From Macrostomum hystrix (Eukaryota; Animalia; Platyhelminthes): DNA of 64,000 bases. Shown here one piece after another: positions 50,313 through 60,874 of this stretch; position 1 is the first letter of the stretch; every line of letters starts with the position of its first letter. The stretch spans positions 1,116,001 through 1,180,000 of the forward strand of contig CATNEN010000014.1 of assembly GCA_950097015.1 (NCBI GenBank), given 5' to 3'. The translations under genes were made by a program, and so were the position numbers. Under the pieces are notes generated by a model. It did no database searches. It was not told the DNA's origin and saw only the letters and a program-made list of their open reading frames with translations.

Positions 50313-53300
50313 CATATGTGCACATCTGCGGCCACCTGCAGGTGAACCCCTCCAGCTGACAGCCTACGCGGCAGTCGCTGCGCTTCTTCCGAGCTCGTCA
50401 ACGCTGCCTTGGACACGGAGCCGCCTCGAGCTCTCGCATCGGCGCCATTGTTAAAGAAGTCCTCCTGCTCCTCGTCCTCATCCTCGTTGCTACTTCCGCT
50501 GCACGTGTCGTCGTAGGATGAGGCAGCGGCAGAGCCTGCAGCAGCCGCGATTTCGGCACTCGCGGCGGAGACTCTTCGAGAGGCCCGCCGGCTGCCACCG
50601 AAGCCAGCTAGGAGGGAGTCGCAGAGGAGGTGCAGCGGGGCGGTGACCGAGACCCGCAGCCGCAGCCACAGCAGGCAGTACAACAGAAGGGCGAGCAGCT
50701 GGAGGCCGCAGAGCAGCAGGAAGCAGAGCTGCAGCTGGTTGGCGGTCGACCTGATGGGATCGATCCAGCCACCTGGGATGGAATGGGAAGAGTGGGGCGA
50801 CTGCCTTTCCTTTCTCCCAAAATGCACAGAACTTCCCTTCAATCTAGCCCGTCTCCTCCCTTCAATCTACCCCGTCTCCTCCCTTCAGTCTACCCCGTCT
50901 CCTCCCTTCAATCTACCCCGTCTCCTCCCTTCAATCTACCCCGTCTCCTCCCTTCAATCTACCCCGTCTCCTCCCTTCAATCTACCCCGTCTCCTCCCTT
51001 CAATCTACCCCGTCTCCTCCCTTCAATCTACCCCGTCTCCTCCCTTCAATCTACCCCGTCTCCTCCCTTCAATCTACCCAGTCTCCTTACTTCAGTGTAA
51101 GGAGACTTAAGTGTTCAGTGTTAATCCCAACATTTCGTGGTCAATACAGAATAATAATCCTAAATATGACATTCCAAATTTGTTGGAAGTCAAGAACAAT
51201 AATTTGACAATAAATAGGCCAGCTATTCGAACCTGAATGTGCCTGCATCATCTCCGTCTTCGGTGGTCACCTACCTCACCTAGACGGACTGCTGGACCTT
51301 CAGGGGCTGCAACAACAGGTGCAACTAGGCCATTGTTACTGCTCAAGCCTAAATATTAGGCGCAGCTCAATATTACCCTAATATTAGCCGCCTCGCCTAG
51401 TCTGTAAGTCAATCAGTCACTACCCAACGCTCTTAGCCTTCGGGCGCTGCCAAAAAATTTTCATGGGGTGGGGCGCTAAATTAGCTTGCTAGTCGCACTC
51501 TTAATTCCATATTCCAGTATCCGATTTCCCAACACGCACGCGCAATGAACAGGGCGGTGAGGCCGAGGGCCAGGGCACGGCCGATGGCGAAGAACAGGAT
51601 GAAGAAACCGATGGTGGCGCCCAGCTGGCTGGGCCGAGTCAGCAGCACCAGGATTTCGTAGCCTGCGGGAGATTAGTCGGGGATTAGTCGGAGGATTAGT
51701 GGGGATATTAGTTGGGGGATCAGTTGGGGTATTAGTGGGGATATTAGTTGGGGTATTAGTGGGGGTATTAGTCGGGGGATCAGTTGGGGTATTATTGGGG
51801 ATATTAGTCGGGGGATCAGTTGGGGTATTAGTGTGGGTATTAGTCGGGGGATCAGTCGGGGTATTAGAGTGGGTATTAGTCGGGGGATCAGTTGGGGTAT
51901 TAGTGGGGATATTAGTCGGGGGATCAGTTGGGGTATTAGTGGGTGTATTAGTCGGGGGATCAGTTGGGGTATTAGTGGGGGTATTAGTCGGGGGATCAGT
52001 TGGGGTATTAGTGTGGGTATTAGTCGGGGGATCAGTTGGGGTATTAGTGTGGGTATTAGTCGGGGGATCAGTTGGGGTATTAGTGGGGGTATTAGTCGGG
52101 GGATCAGTTGGGGTATTAGTGTGGGTATTAGTCGGGGGATCAGTTGGGGTATTAGTGTGGATATTAGTCGGGGGATCAGTTGGGGTATTAGTGGGGATAT
52201 TAGTCGGGGGATCAGTTGGGGTATTAGTGTGGGTATTAGTCGGGGGATCAGTTGGGGTATTAGTGTGGGTATTAGTCGGGGGATCAGTTGGGGTATTAGT
52301 GGGGATATTAGTCGGGGGATCAGTTGGGGTATTAGTGGGGATATTAGTCGGGGGATCAGTTGGGGTATTAGTGTGGATATTAGTCGGGGGATCAGTTGGG
52401 GTATTAGTGTGGGTATTAGTCGGGGGATCAGTTGGGGTATTAGTGTGGGTATTAGTCGGGGGATCAGTTGGGGTATTAGTGTGGGTATTAGTCGGGGGAT
52501 CAGTTGGGGTATTAGTGGGGATATTAGTCGGGGGATCAGTTGGGGTATTAGTGGGGATATTAGTCGGGGGATCAGTTGGGGTATTAGTGTGGATATTAGT
52601 CGGGGGATCAGTTGGGGTATTAGTGTGGATATTAGTCGGGGGATCAGTTGGGGTATTAGTGGGGATATTAGTCGGGGGATCAGTTGGGGTATTAGTGTGG
52701 GTATTAGTCGGGGGATCAGTTGGGGTATTAGTGGGGATATTAGTCGGGGGATCAGTTGGGGTATTAGTGGGGATATTAGTCGGGGGATCAGTTGGGGTAT
52801 TAGTGGGGATATTAGTCGGGGGATCAGTTGGGGTATTAGTGTGGATATTAGTCGGGGGATCAGTTGGGGTATTAGTCGGGGAAAAAAGACTCGATCATAC
52901 GGAACAGACTGCCAGCCAGAGCTGGGATTTGAGACACGAAAGCTGACAGCTCACCTGACACGATGACGAGAATTTCGGACAGCGCCATGAACAGATAGGT
53001 GGGCAGCGCGATGGGCGGGGCGTAGGCGGAGCGGTCGCGGGCGTACTCGCTGACAGCGGCAACGAGGGCACCGACAGCCAGCACAAGCTGGCCGATGCCT
53101 GCGCAAATAGATTAAATAAATATTAAAATGCGCAGTGCTGCCTACTGACAGTAAGAGTCAAGAGGTAAAAGGCAAGAGTGCCACAGGTCCTGGCAAACAC
53201 TCACCAAAGCGCCAGGCCATGTGGTGCAGCTTGAAGTAGCGGCTGCTGGCCCAGCAGAGCAGAGGAGCCAGCAGGAAGACGAAACCCGGGTCGCACAGGC

Positions 53301-56300
53301 CGTACAGGTGATGCTGCTGCTGCTGCTGCCAGCCGCTTGGCATGGAGCGGATCTGCAGGTCCAGGCAATTACTCATCTGCACGGGGTCGGGGTGGCAGGT
53401 AAAGTTGGTAGGGATGGCAGGTAAAGTGGGTAGATTGGCAGGTAAAGTGGGTAGATTGGCAGGTAAAGTGGGTAGAGTGGCAGGTAAAGTGGGTAGAGTG
53501 GCAGGTAAAGTGGGTAGAGTGGCAGGTAAAGTGGGTAGATTGGCAGGTAAAGTGGGTAGATTGGCAGGTAAAGTGGGTAGATTGGCAGGTAAAGTGGGTA
53601 GAGTGGCAGGTAGTGCAGACAGGCCGCACCTTGGTAATTACGGCCACCCAGAAGGCCAAGATGATCAGGAGGCCCAAGCGAAACAGGCGCGCGCTAGGGT
53701 CTTCTTCCACCGACAGAGGGCGCGCGGTCGCCAACGCCGGATGGTGCTTGGAGCGAATGCGGCGCCCCAGGAGGTCGCTTGGCGACGAGGACCACAGAGC
53801 TGCATTGAATAGGAGAGTCAATATCAAACTTACTTAGATGCTGCACTATTGCTTGCATTGGTAAAGGCGAATTAATGACTATTTGATTGACAATTCGAGT
53901 GACTGTGGAGTGACAATTCAAGTACCAGGCTGAGTGAATGTGCCGATGTGTCTTATGCTAGAGCCTCCCGGCCTGATTGCACTCACCGTCATTAGGTGGG
54001 TATTCGCGAATCCAGTACAGGCCGCAGGCAAGGCTGGTCAAGGCCACGGCCGCTGCGATGAAGATCAAAGGAACAATCTTGCGCGAGTCTACGTAGGGAG
54101 TTGAGCCATAGACAACTGCATCTGCGACTAGCGCGCCGAGATTCAAGCAGCAGTAATACCTGCGAACCGTTGTCTAATCAATATTATGATCTTGATTGGA
54201 TCACCTGCTTTACTCTGTATTTAGTCACTGCAGCTGCCCTCCGGGTCATTCAGTGAGTCACTGCAGCTGCACTCCGGGTCATTCAGTGAGTCACTGCAGC
54301 TGCCCTCCGGGTCATTCAGTGAGTCACTGCAGCTGCACTCCGGGTCATTCAGTGAGTCACTGCAGCTGCACTCCGGGTCATTCAGTGAGTCACTGCAGCT
54401 GCACTCCGGGTCATTCAGTGAGTCACTGCAGCTGCACTCCGGGTCATTCAGTGAGTCACTGCAGCTGCCCTCCGGGTCATTCAGTGAGTCACTGCAGCTG
54501 CACTCCGGGTCATTCAGTGAGTCACTGCAGCTACCCTCCGGGTCATTCAGTGAGTCACTGCAGCTGCCCTCCGGGTCATTCAGTGAGTCACTGCAGCTAC
54601 CCAATAGGTCATTGAGTGAGTCACAGCTGTCACTCACCAGGTGACGCAGTTGAAGATGCTGGAACAGAAGTGCCGCTTCAGCTGCTGCAGCAGGAGGGCT
54701 GGCGCCACGGCCCGGCTGCACAGGGCGGCTATTGCTAAGGCCGGTAGGCTGACAATGAGGAAGATCTGGCGTGACTGTCGGGAGGAGGCAGGATTCAAGT
54801 TAAAAGATGACAAGGTGAAAAACTTGTTGGAGTCAGACGTCTTTGAATCATTTAATAAATGCATCTGATAATGAGTGACAGATTGAGTGACGTGTTGAGT
54901 GGCATGTTGAGTGACAGAGTGACAGGTCGAGTGGCGTGCTGACTGATGCTTTGAGCAGTGGGTCGACTTATAGTTAGAGTGATTAGGATTGAGCATTGAT
55001 TAGATGGATTAAAAGGAATTACAACCCGAAGAAAAATATGAATATTCCAGCAGAAAAATACTGCCACCAGTGAAGTGACTCACAGCGAAGCCAAAGCTGA
55101 GGGTGGACAGCAGAAGGCACGCGCAGCCTGCATGCGGTTGGTGGGCATTTTCTCATTCTCATAGAACATATGAGAAAAATACTCAGTGACCAATTAGAGC
55201 TCAGCCAGGACTCACCGAATGTGTACAGGACAGCGCCCGCGGCCAGCAGCTTGAACTTGGAAAGTCGCTCATCGCCCAGCCAGCCGCCAGCAAGGGGCAG
55301 GGCATCAATCAGTACTGAGGGCCGTTCATGATTGGTGGGATAGATCCGGTATAGGAGTGGGATAGATCTGGTATAGGAGTGGGATAGATCCGGTATAGTA
55401 GTGGGATAGATCCGTTATAGTGGGATAGATCCGGTATAGTAGTGGGATAGATCCGGTATAGTAGTGGGATAGATCCGGTATAGTAGTGGGAAGGATCCGT
55501 TATAGTGGGATAGATCCGGTATAGTAGTGGGATAGATCCGGTATAGTAGTGGGATAGATCCGGTATAGTAGTGGGATAGATCCGTTATAGTGGGATAGAT
55601 CCGGTATAGTAGTGGGATAGATCCGGTATAGTAGTGGGATAGATCTGTTATAGATGGATAGATCGGTTATAGAGGGATAGATCCGTTATAGAGGGATAGA
55701 TCTGTTATAGAGGGATAGATCTGTGATAGAGGGATAGATCTGTTATAGATGGATAGATCTGTGATAGAGGGATAGATCTGTTATAGAGGGGTAGATCTGT
55801 TATAGAGGGATAGATCTGTTATAGAGGGATAGATCTGTTATAGTGGGATAGATCTGTTATAGAGGGGTAGATCTGTTATAGAGGGATAGATCTGTTATAG
55901 AGGGGTAGATCTGTTATAGAGGGATAGATCTGTTATAGAGGGATAGATCTGTTATAGTGGGATAGATCTGTGATAGAGGGATAGATCTGTTATAGAGGGA
56001 TAGATCTGTTATAGAGGGATAGATCTGTTATAGTGGGATAGATCTGTTATAGTGGGATAGATCTGTTATAGAGGGATAGATCTGTTATAGTGGGATAGAT
56101 CTGTTATAGTAAGTGGGGTAGATCCGGTATAGTAGTGGGATAGATCTGTTATAGATGGATAGATCTGTTATAGTGGGATAGATCTGTGATAGAGGGATAG
56201 ATCTGTTATAGAGGGATAGATCTGTTATAGTGGGATAGATCTGTTATAGAGGGATAGATCTGTTATAGAGGGATAGATCTGTTATAGAGGGATAGATCTG

Positions 56301-58669
56301 TTATAGAGGGATAGATCTGTTATAGTGGGATAGATCTGTTATAGAGGGATAGATCTGTTATAGTGGGATAGATCTGTGATAGTGGGATAGATCTGTTATA
56401 GAGGGATAGATCTGTTATAGTGGGATAGATCTGTTATAGAGGGATAGATCTGTTATAGAGGGATAGATCTGTTATAGTGGGATAGATCTGTTATAGAGGG
56501 ATAGATCTGTTATAGTGGGATAGATCTGTTATAGAGGGATAGATCTGTAATAGTGGGATAGATCTGTTATAGAGGGATAGATCTGTTATAGTGGGATAGA
56601 TCTGTTATAGAGGGATAGATCTGTTATAGTGGGATAGATCTGTTATAGAGGGATAGATCTGTTATAGTGGGATAGATCTGTTATAGAGGGATAGATCTGT
56701 TATAGTGGGATAGATCTGTTATAGAGGGATAGATCTGTTATAGAGGGATAGATCCGTTATAGTGGGATGGATAAGTGGGATATGGTGGTATAGTTCCGTG
56801 TGATCTAGCTCTATTGGATATGATTGAAAAACTCCATTAGATCTGGTAGGTCTTAGATCTTAGCATAATTCTATGTAATTGGATCTAGTGAAAAACCCTC
56901 TGGGACATGTTGGGATAATCAAGCGAAATCTAGTGTAAAAGCCATGTAGGATATTACAGACATACCGTGGCGCACAATGTAATAAGACCAATAAGTAAAA
57001 AATATTTAAGCCACAATGGTCCTTAAGCTTAATTCAAGCAGGTAAAATGAAAGCAAAACTTGTTAGAAAATAGCTTCAAGTTAGTTGTGTGGTGTTTTGG
57101 TTCACTGTTCACTGTTTTTAGTTCAAAAAGTAGATATTTGAGTGGGAAGTACATTTCAAAGCATTGAAATAACATTGAAATAAGACCACATAAATATTAG
57201 GGAAATGAGTAAAGCAAATGTCACTGATTACGCAACTAACTTCTCTAATACTTTGTGGCGTGTCCTTTCGACTTAATTACAGCATGGCACCACCTAGGCT
57301 TGCTGTCCACCAGCTTCTGGCACACTTCTGGAGGGATGGCAGCCCACGAGTGCTCAATGATCCTCAACCCTGTTCCATAGATTCTCAATCGGGTTGAGGT
57401 CTGGTGACTGCGCTGGCGAGTCATTGGTGCGGATGTTGTTCTCAGCAAGCCATGCCTTCACAACCTTGGAGGTGTGCTTGGGATTGTTGTCCTGCTGAAA
57501 CTGCCAGCTGTTCACTGCACTCAGTGGCAGTGCATCTACTGCCTGTTGTAGGTGGCTGCTGAGGATGTCACGGTACTGCTGACTATCCATTATGCCCTCA
57601 ATGCGAGTTATTGGCCCAGGTCCAGCTCTAGAGAAGGCAGCCCACACCATGACACTGCCACCACATGACATTGGTCATCAGATGACCCTGGTGTCCAGCT
57701 GGCATGCTGCTTTGCCCAGGTCAAGCGACGCTTCCGGTTTTTGTCGGAGACGAATGGCTTCTTCCTAGCGATGCGGCCATGCAGTCCAGCAGCTACCAGG
57801 CGGCGGCGGACAGTCATGGGGTACAGCTGCACATTGCAGGATACGAGCAGTTCACGCCTGATGTCCACAGTAGTGAGCCGACGGTTGGACTCGGACATTC
57901 GCACAATTCGTCGATCCAGTCGGTGGTCAGTTTTCGGTGCCCTGCCAGGTCTTGGGGCATAGCCCATGCTGCCAGTGCTGCTGAAGTGCCTGAGTGCTTG
58001 CTGGATGCAGGTTTTCGACTTTCCCAGCTGCGTGGCCATGGCACGCTGAGAAACTCCTTGGTCAAACAGGGTCTTGACTTTCCTACATGACTCAGGCGAC
58101 AGAGGTCTGCCTTTACCCATTCTAGGAATTTCAAGATAATTTTTGCTTGGCGGCGAATCGAATTTGATGCTTTGGACTTGGAGAATCAGCAGGGCCACTT
58201 TTATAGCACATTTTAGCCGAAATAATGAAGTGGTCTTGTTACTCTGTGACTCAAATTAAACATAATGAATAGCGACCAATTACCCAAGACATCATTAATT
58301 TAATTGTTCGATGCCATCGTTATCTATGACTGTTTAGATTAAGATGCTCCCCCAATATGTGCATGTTATGAAATAAAAAGTGAACTTTTTTTGTTAGGTT
58401 GGTCTTAATTCATTGTGCGCCACTGTATAGTAGTATACACCAGACTCACCACTCACCAGCTGAGCATAGCTCAGGCCTCTCTCTGCACCACCAGGCCATT
58501 GAAAGCCTTTAGCACACTGCAGCACATTGAGAGCCAGGTAGTGCAGGCAGCTGGTCCCAGCAATGTAAGTGCCCAGCCACAGGGTGGCCCTGAACAGACG
58601 ATGCCGCTTAGTCCACTGAGTTCCAAGGCTGCCAAACAGCAGTGGCTGGCGGGAACTGCTTGCTGTCAT
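50312..58669 (-). CDS. SLC15: Divergent proton-dependent oligopeptide transporter (POT/PTR2, SLC15 family, MFS), ~620 aa; exons 58669-58450, 55314-55216, 55127-55084, 54864-54638, 54159-53987, 53832-53630, 53352-53205, 53098-52955, 51662-51540, 51306-51280, 50772-50312 (3' end may instead splice at 50336)
   Basis: PTR-like motifs appear in order: DALPLAGGWLGDERLSKFKLL, SIFNCVTWYYCCLNLGAL, EYPP, DPGFVFLLAPLL, FGIGQLVLAVGALVAAVSE..R, LPTYLFMALSEIL..GYE, GWI..LQLCFLLLCGLQLL. All splice phases are compatible and give 1869 nt in frame. Confidence 0.82.
50833..51080. repeat. 23-bp minisatellite CCCTTCAATCTACCCCGTCTCCT in SLC15 intron 10
   Basis: About 10 near-perfect units. Confidence 0.93.
51670..52880. 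repeat. 36-bp higher-order (3 x 12-bp) G-rich minisatellite GTATTAGTCGGGGGATCAGTTGGGGTATTAGTG(T/G)GG
   Basis: Fills SLC15 intron 8, with G4-G5 runs every ~12 nt. Confidence 0.95.
53395..53612. repeat. 21-bp minisatellite GGCAGGTAAAGTGGGTAGA(T/G)T in SLC15 intron 6
   Basis: About 10 tandem units. Confidence 0.92.
54225..54630. repeat. 33-bp minisatellite CAGTGAGTCACTGCAGCTGCACTCCGGGTCATT in SLC15 intron 4
   Basis: About 12 units, each with TGAGTCA and most with CAGCTG. Confidence 0.94.
55335..56765. repeat. 20/23-bp minisatellite GGGATAGATCTGTTATAG(A/T)G in SLC15 intron 1
   Basis: Tandem periodicity. Left units are a 23-bp GATCCGGTATAGTAGT variant. Confidence 0.95.
56965..58425 (-). mobile_element. 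Tc1/mariner-superfamily DNA transposon (Tc1, DD34E), ~1461 bp, in SLC15 intron 1
   Basis: Imperfect TIRs: left CCGTGGCGCACAATGTAATAAGACCAA versus reverse complement of the right end CAGTGGCGCACAATGAATTAAGACCAA. TA flanks both ends (56963-64, 58426-27). A TATAAAA box lies on the minus strand at ~58200. Confidence 0.92.
57245..58120 (-). pseudogene. Tc1 transposase pseudogene (frameshifts; internal deletion across the first catalytic Asp region)
   Basis: MGKGRPLS..HTH..RPGRAPKT..ARKKPFVSDKNRKRRLTWAKQH, then in another frame GGSVMVW..FQQDNNPKHTSK..SPDLNPIENLW (34 residues between D and E), then a third frame with the C-terminus ..VIKSKGHATKY. Confidence 0.9.
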
Positions 58670-59406
58670 CTGGCCTGGCTTAGCTGAGAATTCCAAATGA
58701 TTTTTATTGCTCAGTTTTCATGTGTAACGAAAAATGTCCCTATTTGATGTAATTCATACAAGTACACTTTACCTTGGGATTTACAAATAAATAATTTCAT
58801 AGAATTTTTAAAACAAACACCTAAATTTTGTCTGTGAAATTTTCTTGAGATAAGCCAATTAAAAGCCCATATGATTCTTAGAAATTAACTGTAAAAATGT
58901 GCTATTTTTTGTTTTACTGTATAAAATTTGTTTTACTATAAGACTCACATTTGTTATAAATTTTCTACCATTTAGACTAAAATTAACAATAAATACAGAT
59001 GACTTAAAAAGGAAGAAAATCAACCATGTTTAACCTTTTTGATACAAAGTTTGTATGCAATATTCAAAAGTGTTCTAAAAGTCATTTTTTATAATAACAC
59101 TTTTCTTCTTTTATGGAAGAATCCTTTATTCCTTACCTTTATAGAGACAAATACTGAGAGAATTCAAGAGAGAGAAATACACCACCCCTGAGAAGTTATC
59201 TTTAAATATATAAAATACATTCTAGGAGAATAATTCTAAGAAATAACTACAACAACTTTGGAGACATTGTATAGAAATTAGACCCCAGTAACAACTTCGG
59301 TGTACATCTAATTACTATAAGGATATTATGTCACTAAAGTTGCAGCAATCTTTTACTTTACTGAGTTTAATTATTTTTAATTTTTCTTTCTTATTTCAGT
59401 CAATTT

Positions 59407-59590
59407 AATGATGGCTGGAAAGCCCTCTGTGCCCACTATGATTGTGCCAATTGAGGGGTTGTGGGCCCATGTCAAGGCAAAGTTCCAGGCGATGCATGGC
59501 ACTTCTGAAGCTCTGTTTGAAAGCCATCTCAATGAGTATCTCTAGCGCCAGCTCTTTCCTAGAAAGCAGTTTGGCAACTTCCTATACTAA
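59407..59590 (+). pseudogene. Merlin (IS1595/ISXO2-like) transposase C-terminal relic
   Basis: NDGWKA (like SDxWxAY) is followed after a frameshift/deletion by IEGLWAHVKAKFQAMHGTSEALFESHLNEYL*R, matching the IExxWxxxK..HG..L.EY.WR pattern with TGG changed to TAG. Confidence 0.55.
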
Positions 59591-60874
59591 TCAGCAGGGA
59601 TCGGATGGCTCATTATTAATGACTAGGGCCTAATTGACTTACCTGACACTTATAGACACTTACCTTTTATCCTCCTACCATCTTTATGTTCGGCAATAAA
59701 AAACTGTTTAAAATAATTAAACATAGGCCCCTAATTTTGTATTGTATAATTTTTATAACTTGAGTTCCTGCCAAACTCCTGTTTTTATCATTTGTTTGTC
59801 TGTACTGTGTCACCCACCTCAATTTTGCTATAAATACAACCGGAAATTAGCTTTAGAAACTTTGCCCTGTTCCTTGGTGTCTAAAGGAGAAAAAGTTGAA
59901 AGGCAGAGAAAAAAACTCTAAGTGTTTAATTGCTCTTATTTTGAATGAGAGAAAAGCAGGTCAGTGATTACACATAAGCCAGTAAATACTCAAAAGAATA
60001 AATGAGTAGAAATGTATCAAAAGCAGTATAGTTTAATAACTGAAAGAATAGAGGTTAAACCCCGATTGGTAGAATAGCATTGTGTGCAAAGTTGGGTAAC
60101 TTTGGTCCATTTTGAGCCTAGAAAGACTGGGAAAAACCAGAAAGCCAGATAGTTGATGAGTAAATAAGAAGTGGAAGAAATATCTTGCCACTCAGAAACT
60201 TCTGAGAATGCTACCATATTTGGAAAGAAGGCAGCCTATCTGGCTAAATTAAGCAATATATACATATAAAGTAAGAGAAGTACATAGCCAGTCTATGAAG
60301 TATAATTACGTCATTGGAGAAAGGAAATTAAAAATCATTTAAAAAGGTCAAGCTGGTGTGATATAACCAAGTTAGGCCTATTTATATTAGTAAAAGAGCC
60401 TTACAACACAGTAGGCCCTAAAGTAAAAGATTGCCAAAGTTGCTACAAAGAGAACACTAGAGAGAACATTAGGACAACTTTGGTGGCATTGAGATAAAAA
60501 ATGTTATAGGCCCTAAGTGTTTTAATAATAAATTACCTCTAGACACCCCTGCTGTTTATAGTCTAACTGACTACCTTTGAAATGCATGCTACTAATAATA
60601 GAATATTAAAAACAAAAACACATTTAAAGTGAGAAGCAGAGACTTGTAAGTCAAAAATTTTAATTTAAACATTCTAAAAGTAAAGGTAGTGTTTAGGATT
60701 TTGTTAACTTTTAAATATTTAGTCTTACACATACATGTGTCATGCAACCTCCCAAATCTTAGCCGGCTGTCTGACTTAGTTTTTAAGCCTAAAATCGATA
60801 TACATTCATTCATTGCTTTATTTATGACTTAGTTTGCTCTCATTTGCAACTTAGTTTGCTCTTATTTGTGACTT

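Noticed and set aside
51699-52966. Gly/Val-rich and (GISRGISW)n ORFs
   Set aside because: Antisense to SLC15 and entirely within the intron 8 satellite.
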